A DNA stretch of 62,742 bases, filler included, from Platydemus manokwari (lineage: Eukaryota): assembly GCA_037951405.1 (NCBI GenBank). It is 6 parts of 6 records of this genome, joined end to end, with 100 filler letters (N's around TTAATTAATTAA, not from the genome) between each part and the next. Parts side by side here need not be neighbours in the genome. Positions count along the whole stretch, not along the records: positions 12,164 to 22,185 come from JBBMOY011178545.1; positions 22,286 to 33,140 come from JBBMOY011100554.1; 4 more parts are not named here. One strand, given 5' to 3'. The stretch's first letter is position 1; the number at the start of each line of letters is the position of its first letter. Both the position numbers and the translations under genes were made by a program. The notes beneath the pieces are model-generated. The model did no database searches and had not been told where the DNA came from. It saw only the letters and a program-made list of their open reading frames with translations. Positions 12,164-25,606 of the stretch are shown here, one piece after another.

Positions 12164-15100
12164 TTTAAATTGCTAAAACAAGGGTTTCAAGGTACGAAAT
12201 CGTTTTTCTTTTTCAGGATTTTGTCTTCACTCAACAATATCAAATCTTTATGGGATTTGATTAGATGAGTTTGAAAGAAGTCTTACATATTGTGTGATAA
12301 TTTTAATTGCATGTTTTGAGGTTCCTTGATGAATTTAGTCCAAACTAACTATTTTGAGCATCTGGTTCGTAAACAATCTCCCCTTTTGTTGTGTTAGTTG
12401 AAGAAATTAAATAATCGCAATTGTTATTTATTACCAAAATTGTTAGATATTTAGAATAACAGATTCCTTTTATTGTTCACATTTGTTAAAATTATTTAGA
12501 TTTATTGGTGTTTTGCAGCCAGTTATTCGGTAAATTATTGACAAATTCAAAATTACATTAAAAGTTGAGGCATAACTAAATTTGAACGACACTTCGATTA
12601 TTTCTGTAATGTTAAAAAAGTTTAAATATTGTATATTGAGATTTTATTTCTATCCATCGCTATAATTAATAAATGTTTCGATGCAAATCCGTGATCACGG
12701 CATAAATCAAGCAGACTCCATGATAATATGAAATTTTTCAGAAAAGGAAAATCAAAAATAATTCCAAAGAAAATTTTAATATTTTTAACAATAATAATGA
12801 GATAAGAAAGCTAGTTAAGATATGAGAAGATTCTTGAAGCATGGCTGATTAAATTATGGTGAAATCCATTGAATTTATACAAATTATTTGAAGTCCAAGC
12901 CCAGACGTACATTTGCAATTAAAAATCAACCCTCTACTCTTAGATCTTGCCCATAGTAATTTATCCAATTCTGACCAGTTCAGTTACAATAGAATGCAAT
13001 ACAATATTATAATATAAATAAATCGCATGCATGACATTGACTCAATAAATAAATGATAGACAAAACTTTAAAATAATAAAAATGATTAAAAAATTAAATC
13101 TGATAAACATAAGTCTGTAAAAACCTTAATAAAAATGATTGAATATAAATAAAAAATTAAAAAATTGAAATTTAGAATAAAAATAAATATACGAAAATTA
13201 TTTAAAATTAAATAAACTAAAAACTTGTTTTATTGGCAACAAATTCTTTAAAATAGGGAATCTAAACCTATAATTAGTAACTATGCCATTATTAACAATA
13301 TGTTACTTAAAAATAGCAACATATATTACCAAGACAACAGAATTTTGCTAAATCTGGTAACTGAGGTATTAAGAGTTGTTAAAAACAAGCACAATAAATG
13401 CATGTGAGCACACAGGTACACAACTTAAAAATAAATTTATGATATTTCAACTACGTGCTGCAAATGTCAACTATTTGCGAACATTATATAAAGAATTAAT
13501 TGAAGTATAGAATCTAAGAAGAATTTATTTTACTTGCTTTCAATTCCTGAGGAATATCATCAGAATTTCAAATTTCCGATTGTAAAATTTTATCCTCAAA
13601 AATAAGGGTATTTTGTGTTATCATTTTTCAGCAAGTTGTATTTCCCAATTAATTGATTTCAAATTATCTATGAAAACTTTGTTTATTCTTAACAATATTA
13701 ATTTTACATTAGAACCCATTGTTATGTGGTTCTATAAAATAGATAAGAGTACCCTGCATCCTGGTTAAGTACACTTAACCTATCTATTTAAATGATCTTT
13801 ACAATCACAATAAGAGTTTCATTTGGGTTATTGTTCTTTCACAAATTAATTTTATTCGTTGATTTCATTTGATTGGTTGATAAGCATATTTTTCAAGTAA
13901 ATGAGGATGGTTATATTTAATTAATTATTTAATTATAAATTATTTATATTGACAGACATTATAATTATTATAAAGTAGAGGTTAAATTTAAGTTGGAATA
14001 ATATTATAGAAAATAGCAACTTCCATTGTATTTATTAAACATTTTGTTAATTATCTAATCGTTTTGTACCGTTCTGAATTGATTTTATTCTACTCTTATA
14101 AAACTCCACCAAATTCTTAGAGACAACATTGTGTTGTTAAGGCAAAAAATTGTTTTATTCATATGTAACCAGAAATTATTCAGAAAATTTTTCCGGTATT
14201 TCACAAAGAGTTGTGTAACCTGGGTTGAGAGGTTATCTCTATATGACAAATAAGAACTCAACAAGTCCAACATGTTGAAAATTGATCATTATGCGATTAT
14301 TGTCTTGACATACTTCAGTCCTTGAAGAACACATAGTAGCGAATATTCTTAACAGTAAATCAATAATAATAATAAATTAGATCTTGTTGCTTTTCTAAAA
14401 TCTTGTCAAGTCAATCGGAAATTTTGAAAAACATGAATTTAAAAGCAATTTAAAACATTATATGTATATAATACTCACCTTACCTGTTTGATAAAAGATT
14501 TCTTATGAACTTTCGAATAAAATATCATTACAAAAGCTGACTAGAACTTTTTTCATGAATCGAGTTCCTTATTAAATTTTGATGGGTATTTGATTAATGT
14601 CTTTGTTGGGTGTACAGATTTTCCAATGTGTTTATGATTAACAATTTGGGTTAGGGAATATTATAATAAATTGATGAATATTATAATATTGAATAACTAA
14701 AATCAATAATTGATTAATAAGGCTTATTATAAAAAAGCGGTTAATAACAATTGTGGATCTCTAACTGGCCAAATAAAACATTCCAGCGAAGCTTGCAGCA
14801 TGTTTAACTAGTATAACAAGTTATACAGATCGGGACTAGCCGATTCAGTGGATAGAATATAATAAACAAAATATGAAAACGAAGATTTGATTAAACTGCA
14901 AGTATTGAATATGAATGTGTCACGATATCAATTATTTAATTATAATATCAAATTTACACTTTGAAGGATTCGTAGTTGATTAATTCCAATGAAATTTCGT
15001 TTTATGTGAAAGTTTTATGTCTGTTTGAACAGATCACTCAGTATTTAACTATTTTCCAATATCTCTGAGTACTTGTTAAATTGCATGGAGCTAGAGTTGT

Positions 15101-16446
15101 GAATTAAAGTTAGTGCAGTTTGTTATCTTCGCACGCCTTTGATTTAGCTTATCGCGTATTTTGTATTTCATAATTTCTAAATATATTTTTATTCCAGTTT
15201 AATATTTAAAATTTCTATTTCTGATTCATGATATTCTTATTTATTTTATGGATTATTATGAAATTTTGTCAATTTATTTTAGATCATTTCTGTATTGTAT
15301 ACTACTTATAGATTCACAAGACAATTTTTAGGAATTTATTTTTAATAATTTTCAATTGACCTTTGCTCAGGCTTTTCTTTCATTTCTTACAAATTATTCC
15401 AATAACTGGATCAATTCAATGCAGAAATCGCACTGATTTGATATATTGAACATTGATTTGCACTCAACGTCTGATCATAAAACCTTAATAATGTATGAAA
15501 ATTCAAACCAAGTGAAAACGATATCCATGAGATACTTGATAGCCAGACAATGTAGTATTTAATGGTTGTGCTACAAATGAATTCACAAAACAAATCAAAG
15601 AGTGGCGATCATGATTATCTAAAACAATTTTTCAAATCTAAAATAAAAATATATGATTTCCTTGTCGATATAAATATTATTGATCAACACTTCAAGTTTA
15701 TTTACAATAGAAACATGTTGCTATTTTTATCATGACTACAATATCATTACCAGTATATTTCCTGCTACAAAATCAATCCACCGATATTAAACCATAATTT
15801 TCGTATAAAACTTCTAAATCTGATTTATATCACGAATTATTAACAAAACTGATAAGAAGAATCCGTTTTAAAATTTCAATAAAACAAAAATTATTTGACG
15901 AAATGAAAACAAATTTAATTGGTATTTGTCATGACATCTATTATTTTTTGACATTCGATAAATTAGTGATATCCGAAATTTAAAAATAATAACCGTGAAA
16001 ACGAAACATCTATAAAGTTCAACATCAAAAAAATAATTCTAAAGAATCCCAGCGTATTATTCCAAAAAGCAAAAAATTAATAAATAAATAAATATTATTA
16101 CGTACTACTGCAGAATTAAACGAGAAAAAAATGGAAAATTAATAATAAAATATTTAATGAGAATATTCATAATAAACATAGTTATTGCCTCTTCAGTAAT
16201 TAAGAAATATACATATATATTCATCGGCATCATTATCATCATTGTCAATTACCCATCTTTCATCGATATAACCAACATACATCATTTGTTTTCCATTTCA
16301 AACAAAACCAGTTGGCATGGCGCTACACAGTTGAAAAACGTGTAAAAATCACGAAATATACAAATATATAATATATCCTGATTATATAAGAAGGTGAGTG
16401 TCAACAAGAGAATAACAATAATTGCATAAATTAATTATGAACAATA

Positions 16447-16520
16447 TCCACACACACACACGCACAATCATGACACACACGCATGATGACATACACATAC
16501 ACACACACTCACACATACGC
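16447..16520. repeat. Imperfect (CA)n microsatellite downstream of the NCKAP1 stop (likely 3' UTR)
   Basis: cacacacacacacgcacaatcatgacacacac...acacacactcacacatac. Confidence 0.7.
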
Positions 16521-16690
16521 AAGTTACGCATCCACCATAGTTAATTGAGAGTTAAGATTGGTAATTGTTTTACTGTGATTAAGCATTTAATAAATATAAG
16601 CTGCACTATAAATACATGTCGTCGTCCAGTAGAAATGAGAAAGCCAGTATCAATAATAATGTACACGACGGGATGTGAGAGATCAATAAA

Positions 16691-17287
16691 TCAATTAGAG
16701 ATTGCTACAGAGCTTCTATGATTGCTAGTAGAATGGGACTGTTGGCTGTTCGATCCGAACATGTTGGGATTATGTTCCGATGAAATACCCGACGCGACAT
16801 CATGTGTGAAGATTTGTTTACCGGCTGCAATTTGAGCGGCATTTGCTGATGCTTGGGTTGGGTGAGCTAACGCCGCGATGGTAGACCGAGATTGCTGTGC
16901 TACGACATGATAGGCATGCCTTATAAGAGAATAAGGAAAACAGGCTTCTCTCAAATCTGCAGAAAGGCAATTACACAGTTGAGTCATGATGTCAAATAAA
17001 ATGTAAATCGAATAACGATTCTTGGCTTGAGGTTCTTGGATTCCTTTGGTATTGCTATTAGCAGTTGAAGATGTGCTCGTTGAATTGGTGAGCGCATCTT
17101 TATTGCTATTTGATGAAAAGTTGCTATTAGAAGATCCCGTATTGGATACAGAAGATGAAGCATCGAGAGACAGACTGGGATTGCTACATTCGAGTCCAAG
17201 TCGTAACAAATTTGACGATGTCAGAGCCATGAATTCTTTTTCACGAGAATCAAGCTCTTCATGACCGTATCGAGAAAATAATACCAT
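16691..17287 (-). CDS. nckap1: Nck-associated protein 1 / HEM (WAVE regulatory complex subunit), terminal exon
   Basis: REKEFMALTSSNLLRLG and NRYSIYILFDIMTQLCNCLSADLREACFPYSLIRHAYH correspond to the NCKAP1 C-terminal motifs RLKEFLALASSSLLKIG and NRESVYLLLD...DLLESCFPYVLLRNAYH. A ttgtag acceptor (AG at 17289-17288) immediately precedes it, so the ATG is internal. Stop TGA at 16691-16693. Confidence 0.9.
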   Translation of the reverse strand: MVLFSRYGHEELDSREKEFMALTSSNLLRLGLECSNPSLSLDASSSVSNTGSSNSNFSSNSNKDALTNSTSTSSTANSNTKGIQEPQAKNRYSIYILFDIMTQLCNCLSADLREACFPYSLIRHAYHVVAQQSRSTIAALAHPTQASANAAQIAAGKQIFTHDVASGISSEHNPNMFGSNSQQSHSTSNHRSSVAISN

Positions 17288-18779
17288 CTACAATTTTTTC
17301 AAAACATGTCAAAACTGTATTTACCAAACAATATATCAACTCAAAAATATATTATGTCTTTAAATGAATATATATAACTGGATCTTAGAGGTCACTAGGA
17401 CATCTTATATAATTGTTTTTCCGAGACAGAAATACTCTTTCATCATAGGTATACATAATAATTTTTACGTCCAGTTTGGACGATCATATTTATCTGTTTC
17501 AATCATTTTTTCCCCATTATTTTAATATAGCGACAAAATATTAGCAATATCGTTATATGGAAAATAAATGAAAACAATCTTCAATCAAAAACACAATCCA
17601 CAAGGATTAATTTCCAATGCGTTCTACATTCCAAGATTAATAGACAAAAATGCTGGAAATAATAGTTAAAAATGTTATTATAAATGATGAGTGTATTTTA
17701 ACTGTGTTCCATGATTGGTGGCATTAAATCGAAACTCAAAACTATTAAAAATAACATCACAATGACCTTTCCAAATTTAGTATATTTATAAATGGCTTTT
17801 GTTCAAATGAATATTAAAGCTTTCGTGACATTTATTTTTGAATTATTTACAAATAATTTTGTCTATTTTTAACTAATAGCCTTTCAAAAACATTTTTTAA
17901 TAATTACTATCGATTTACAATACACAGGCAAAATCAATCACTTATGCTTTAAAAATGGAGACAAATAATGACTTGAGGAAAGTATTGCTTTATTGATATG
18001 TTAGACAAAAACGAAACATTTTTCTTAAGATATGCAAATAAATTGAGAATATTTAAAGAGTAGACAAAAATTTATACATTACTAACAATCAATTCTGTTA
18101 CAAATTAGTTTGAGAATGATAAACTGAGTTGATAATCCATAAAACATTTCATAATAATAATGATTTCAATAGTTGCTCGTGTTGTATTATAACTACATGC
18201 CTTATTTTCTATATATATTTTTTATTTTACCATCACATAGAAACTAGTGATGACAAAATTAATGAGAAATTTTGTTTTAAATTGGTTTTTATTCCAAATA
18301 AAGAAATGAAATAACAAAAACCAAGCTTGACAAGTCAGTCATTTACAAATTAGCCTAGAAATTTTTGTAAGATTTCCTTAAAATCAATCCCATACGTATT
18401 CCATTTGTAAAGACTATTATGCATTATTGAAGAGAGAAAAATATAATGAGCATGTTTGTAACATGGGATTTTATCATTTAGAAACAACAAACTATGTAAA
18501 TTCTATTGATAATTTATCTACAAATATAAAATGTCGTGATTAATAATAAATTCAAACAAAAACAAATGTGAGAATGATAGGCTTTGTTTACACAAAAATA
18601 ACAAGATAGACTATGTTTTGAATAAAACAAAATGACATCATTAAAACTGAATCTTTCGAATAGAAATAAAATATTTATAATATTGGATATATTATAAATA
18701 ATGTAAAAAAAGACAAAATATGGGCTAAAATCAAAAAGAGGTCCTAAAATAAAATTTTAATTTGTTGAGTGTATTGCAA

Positions 18780-18896
18780 AAATCTATTTAGTTTATTTAA
18801 TTATAATCTTTGAAAACATTTTGAATTTTTTATATAAGTGCTCAGGAAGAATTTTAGTTGTTTGAAATCAAATATATTAAAAATCTCCTAAAATTT
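18780..18896 (+). repeat. Interspersed repeat family C (reverse-complement copy at ~53568-53700)
   Basis: ttttgaattttt..taagtgct.a.gaagaattttagttgtttgaaa.caaat...aaaatctcctaaaattt is present in both scaffolds. Confidence 0.7.
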
Positions 18897-21818
18897 AATA
18901 TCCTCAATGTTTACAAAAATTTTATAAAAATAACCAATGATAATATTAAACATGCCTATAGTGTATAAACTCAATTTATAATTTAAAAAATTTAATTATA
19001 TTGAAGTGCTGTGATTAGAATAAGAACTTGGTTTAATAATTATGTTTTGCCCCTATTAGACATCATAAAAAGTAAGATATTAAGTGAATTAGTAGAATAA
19101 ATCATCCCAATAATATATATAAAAATAATTTATAAAATTATCTCATGCGCCAAAATCTATCATTACTTAAGCTTGTTTCTCAATTAAATTTTAATTTAAA
19201 TTCTATGCACTTAAAGTGAAGTAAAACAATTTTGAAAAATATTAGATCATTTATTGAATGAGAATATAAAAATTGTTAATATCTGTCTGTTTTTAGATTA
19301 TACTTTTGAAAGTATTTTTAAATCATTTCACAAATTGATCCTCGACAAAGCGAAAATGGTTAATTTTATATTTTACAAAAAAATATTCAACTAATTAAAC
19401 AAATTTTAGAATTATTATTTTTCTATAATTGATATTGTTGATTATTCGTCTGTACTACACAATGGAAAAATCATTGATAAACAATTTTTGAAGGAAATCG
19501 ACTATAAAGATGTTGGATTCAGTAAAAACTGAGCGTCTGAATTTTTCAATAGGCAGTTTGATTTTCTATAATTGAAGTCGTCTAATTAAAATGAGAAATG
19601 ATCCTTTATATTTTTTGCGAAACAGAAATGTGATAATTTGTTTTAGCTTTTCTAGTTAATTTTTCATTATTATTATTTTATATTGTAGCTGGCATTTTAT
19701 TAGTCTATTTTTTTAATTTCAATTTTTTTGTAATGGATTGTTTAGGTCTGCAAAAGCTAGTTTTGAACAAAGCCAACTTTCTTCCGGGATTAACCTTGAT
19801 ATTGTGAAAATTTTATTTCATTGGTACCTTTTCTATGACATTGTGCTTTAAACAAAGAGTCGGTGTAATCTTACATGTATTGGATGATTGTTAAAAAGTT
19901 AAACTACCTAAATTTGGATTCGCGATATTTTAATAAATTAGCTTTTAAGTAAAAGGAGGAATAAAAATTACCGTATAGCTCTAATTATTATGTAGCTGTT
20001 GTTACAATCAAGAAGTCGGTCTTCGTATTAAAAAAAATTTTAAATATTATTTTTCTTTTTTGTAAATTTTATCTTCCTATTTTAATCGTAATTATGAAAT
20101 TTGAAAATAAAAATAGCGAAAAAAAATTATATATTATCTTATTAAATTTTATCGAAAATCATATCTTTGTACCGAATGACATCAGAAGCACTTTTCGAAC
20201 AGTTATAATAATCGAACAGTTATTATAATGTATTTATGTTACTCAATCGCAAGTTCGAATAGATTTGTGATATATTAGAGCTTTAAATTAAAATAATAAT
20301 TTGGATTTCGAAAATATATCTGAGTCGGTGTAATTTTCAAAATCTAATTCAATCAGATTTCACTTTTTATATCATTTATTTTACCTTAAAAATCAATGAT
20401 GGTTGGAAAGAAAAAATTATTATCTTTATTATTTATTTAATGTTTTCATCGGGAATTGTAAGCAGGAAGTTAACCACAACTAACTTCGCTAAAACCTTAA
20501 GAATCTGACTTCAAAATCAAACAAAGATCAAAAATCCACAGTTCCAAACATACACACATCAACCAATTCGAAACAAAAGCCCATGATAAAAATAGACAGC
20601 TTTATATCCAAATATCTAAATGAACCTAAAAAATAAAATAATTGAGAAGATAAAATATAATATGACAAGATGGACTGAAAATAATTGAAATAGCAAAATA
20701 TCTTGTAAGTGTCTCTATATTCAATTGTACACAAACATTTTAAACTTACAAGAGAAATATCGTGTTGTTTAAATATAAATATAAATAATTAATAATTAAT
20801 AATAAATAACACTTCTCAGGTTTTGAACCAGTAATGCGTTTAAGTTCATAGTAGTATTTCTAATTGTATTTTATTAATAATTGGATCAGTGTTAATTATC
20901 TAAAAACGTTTAGTTAAAGTAATTTGATTTATTCTCGCATGGAAATCACATCTATTTTTGCAAAATTCTATCACCATCATTATAAAATCATCACCTTTTT
21001 GATTGTGGCAGTTGTATAATAAAAATCGTCGTAATAATCCGTAGAGAGATCGTTTGATAATCTGCGATGGCTCATTCAGCTTTGTTTAAATCAGTCTCGG
21101 TTGTCACTTGGGATAAGAGCATATTCATTGATATTAATAGAATGTTAGAGAGATATAAATAAAAATAAAGTTAGCATTATGAAATACATTGACCAATGCT
21201 ATCTATCTTGTCTGCAATGAGCATTGGAGGGATCCAAGCAAAAAGAGATTAAAATAATAGAATTTATTATTACCAGTTAGTCATTAGAACTCACGAGAAC
21301 TGATTAGGAGTAGTCAGTGTCAAAATAGTTTCACAATTAAATGAAAATTTATATAGAAATTTTACTAGAAAATACTAAAAGTGACATACTTATATGTAAT
21401 TTAAAGAGCTGATTCGATACTGCAAGAGGTATTTATTTTATATAAACATATTATCCTTCAAAATTTATGTCTCAGGTCATTTTTACGTATTACGATTAAG
21501 ATGTTTATTGTTTATTTTTTAGGTGTTTGATAAAAAATTTATGAATAAGGAATTTTAAATTTGATTTAACACACTAAAATACCAATGAATATATAACTAA
21601 AATTATTATTATACAACGTTGTCTAACTTCAAATAAAATAACGACTGCTGGTTAATAATATGTAATTAAAAATATAGCAAATATAAATTAATATTATAAT
21701 TTAAATAAAAAAAACAACACCGATAAGATATAATTAATTAAACGATACAATAACCAGATATTTTTTTAATTTATAAATATAAGGCTATACTTTTCCTATA
21801 TAAATGAATTTCAATTAC

Positions 21819-21905
21819 TGTGGTTTCTCGGCAAAGCCGGAGTTATTAACTAAATAGCTGAAAGTTTGTCCTATATATGCCAGCAGCTCTTCTTCTTGAA
21901 GATTC
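21819..21905 (-). CDS. Possible isolated 87-nt exon of unknown identity
   Basis: tgtag acceptor, gtaatt donor, open frame NLQEEELLAYIGQTFSYLVNNSGFAEKP and higher GC than its flanks. No recognisable family. Confidence 0.25.
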
Positions 21906-22185
21906 CTACATAAATAACTATACATTAAATACACATATGGCAACACAGTCATTAAATTAAATACCACAACATTTAACCATAAACAAACATTTACAGAATA
22001 TATTCATCGTAATAATTAAGAAAAGTTAATTTATCTATAAAGGTTAACTTATATTAATTTAAATTATGTATATCATAATGCTTTATTTTTACAGTGGAAG
22101 AAAGCTAACACAAGTAACAAATTCAAAATAACTAATACTATAAAGCATTTTTTCCTCAGAATTAATTATAACCTTAGAAACTCAT

Positions 22186-22285
22186 NNNNNNNNNNNNNNN
22201 NNNNNNNNNNNNNNNNNNNNNNNNNNNNNTTAATTAATTAANNNNNNNNNNNNNNNNNNNNNNNNNNNNNNNNNNNNNNNNNNNN
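22186..22285. other. Artificial scaffold-joining linker
   Basis: N44-TTAATTAATTAA-N44. Confidence 0.98.
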
Positions 22286-24198
22286 AAATGCTCACATTTT
22301 TATTTATAAATTTTTGGTTTTTCACATAAAATTATTCTTAATTTTTTTTAACAAATCGAGAGCTTACAGTAATGTTTTGAGCAAGACCGTTTTATAAATA
22401 TAAATATTAAATATTTTTAATTATTAATTTTAATCTTATCTAAATTTGAATTATTTATAGTATTCTTAATAAAACTCACAATGTTCTTGTGACAATGTAG
22501 ATTATTGCTATAAAATATAATTTTTAAACTGAGAACCAACTTATCAGTGTGAATCTAATAGAGAAATGGATTCAGACTTGAATGGCCAGTTTGAATTTGA
22601 TGTATGTTAACCAGTAGGTTATTTCTTTTTAATTTTTCTGTCTACTTCTACAAATTAAAATATTTTATTAAAATGTCATACGAATTCGGTTTAAACTATG
22701 TCAGTCACGCAAAAATTGTCTTATATGGTTTGAATATTTTCTGTTTAAAAAAACGTTATTTCACTAAATCAATGAAATTTTATTAATCATTTTTCAAATA
22801 AATTATTATCAAACAATGTGAAATGAATTGGAATAATAGTAAATAAGCTTGAATAGGTCTTTCCAGTTTATTTTCTATCACTGAAATGGATTTCACGTAC
22901 CAATAATTCCATTATCAATTTATCGTTGTTTATTTATTTTTCAATGATATTTTCATTGAATTTTCCAAAAATTTTCCGAAGAATCTATATTTCATCAATA
23001 GAAATTTTAATTAATATTAATATTATGACAAATTATTTCGATAAAATATTTCTCCAATAATATAATGTTATGAGTGATAATTACAATTACTAATTATACA
23101 GTCGAACCCGGTTTGAATTATGATTTCCGTTTCTAGAAAATTGGCATACTATCAGTTGGATTTTATCACAAATTGATTTTCATTTAAAACATTATTAATC
23201 GAACATTGATATCAGATTTATTTATAAATGAGTTATTGATTAAAGGTTTTACCAATAATTAGAAATATTTAGTTGGTAGAATCAGACATTAACCATCAAA
23301 TGACTTATTATTAAGTGGATAAAATGGTTTAAAGATTGCCAACCAATCACAGTGAGTTTAGATGGTAATCGACAATTGAAAAAGGAAATAACCACACAAT
23401 AACACACACATATGTATTGACCAATCCCATACATGCAAAAACTAATAAATCACGTTAACATTAATTTTAAAATGTAATAGTGGATGTATGTAATTAAGGA
23501 CGGTAATTATAAACAGATTCATCAAAAATTTACCCTATTTTCTAAAATTAATTAATTATAAAACTTATATGATATTATAAATTATATTATCTTGATAAAA
23601 ACATTATCCAAAATACTTAAAAATTTTAAATAAGATTTGAAATCATATTTTGTCCTTTAATTAAACATTCTTAATCAAGACTATGATACAATCATAGATC
23701 AAATTTTCGTTCTTTGTGCAGATTATCATAGTTTCAATAATATCAAATCCCATTGAAAACATGTTATTTTAAACACTACAAAATGTCGTTATCATCGACC
23801 ATTACGTGTTAATTGTAAAAATAAATTCGAATCCAATTAAAATCTCACCAGCAATCATTGAAATGCCAAAAAAAATCCCCGGTTCACAATAGCGGATATG
23901 AATAAATTACTTGAGGAAAGAGCTTCAAATTGCTTATTAAGTAATTAAATATTATTTACTTATTTTTTAAAATTTTATTCAAATAAAGAAAGATAGGATT
24001 TTTTTAAATAAAACTTTTCATTTGAATGTTTATTAATCTTGTTATTAATTGCATATACGAATAATGGAATATATATTTTTATTTTGTAAATAACTAGAAA
24101 AGAATACTGGCTTATAAAATCAATTTTTATAACATTGGCAACGACTGGGGAACAACATTTTTTTTACCTCAAGCTCCTAATTCATGACATAGTTAAAA

Positions 24199-24357
24199 NN
24201 NNNNNNNNNNNNNNNNNNNNNNNNNNNNNNNNNNNNNNNNNNNNNNNNNNNNNNNNNNNNNNNNNNNNNNNNNNNNNNNNNNNNNNNNNNNNNNNNNNNN
24301 NNNNNNNNNNNNNNNNNNNNNNNNNNNNNNNNNNNNNNNNNNNNNNNNNNNNNNNNN
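24199..24357. other. Intra-scaffold assembly gap
   Basis: Plain N run without the linker core. Confidence 0.97.
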
Positions 24358-25044
24358 TAAATTAAACTTTATTTTTTACATTTTATTTTTCACCTTTCTT
24401 CTCTGAGTTTTTTTCTAAGAAATTTAGTCCATTTAATGACATCTGCTTCTTAGGACTGATGAATTTGAATTCCAAAAAAAATCATCAAATAATTTTATCG
24501 CATAACAATCACTAAAGAAGACATATTAGCTTCATAGATAATGAAATAATTTATTTAGCAAATATTCTATTCGAGTTTTGGAAAATTATTTGTCCTATCT
24601 TAAAGAATAGCCAAATTCACTTTTAATTTTATCCCTTATTGGATCCAACAAATCCAAGAATAAATCTTAATAGTGTCTTTCACGAGTTTATTGGAGACTT
24701 AATTTTTGAATTTCATGTTCTATATTGTTTATTATTGAAAGCAATTTTATTTCAAAAAATTATTTTCAAATATTTTTTTCATCAATATTAAAATGAGTTT
24801 GAAAAAAACTTATAAAAATTAGTGAATTCAACAAATAATTGCGACATATATTAAATCCGTCTCATGTTACCTTCAGGAATAATGCATATCGATTGTCAAA
24901 TGATCCATCTAGACTTACTGGTTGACCTGTTGGCCATGAATGACAAAAACCAATCCCAGAAATCAAAACAGATAATTTCAACAAAATAATTATTGTGGAA
25001 AATAGAAAATATATTTTTTATTCATAGGCAATGTAAACGAAACA

Positions 25045-25141
25045 CAGTATTCCTCCTCCTAACCATCACTTTTGGGGAATTGGAAAAATGCGTCAATTAA
25101 AAGAAATTGGTGGTTAGGAGGAGAGGTGGTTAGGAATACTG
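25045..25141. mobile_element. Tiny Tc1/mariner-pogo-like MITE relic
   Basis: Inverted ends cagtattcct.../...aggaatactg followed by TA; inverted subterminal cctcctaacca/tggttaggagg motifs. Confidence 0.45.
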
Positions 25142-25606
25142 TAGCTTGTTTGGAAAAAATTTTATTTGTTTCTTTATTTATTAATAATAATCTTTAATTA
25201 ATATGATAACATAAAAGTTCCGAAAGTCAAGTAATATCATTTGCTGAAAACTCAGATTTGTAATATTATTAAGTTAATTTCATTGAAAAATTTTGCGGTT
25301 CACAGTTTTGTCATTTTTGAATCAGTCTTTTAAATCCTTGACGAATAAGATGAAAAAATTTTAAATTATTAAATTAAAAGTGTAGATAAATACTGAATTA
25401 TTTTATTAATATCAAACATTATATATAGTTAAATAAATCTTTTAAAATCAAAAATTCACCAAGAATTATAATAGACTCACTTTACACTTTATCATTCATT
25501 ACGTCCATAGCCAGCGGTTATTGAGTCAATGCGGTAAATTTTTCATCAAAAAATAAATTTACGAAATCATAACGATAGTTTGACATTACATATTCTTTCT
25601 CTTCAG

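Noticed and set aside
16984-17264. Overlapping ORFs 16984-17199 (-) and 17046-17264 (+)
   Set aside because: Shadow frames of the GC-richer, low-complexity NCKAP1 exon.
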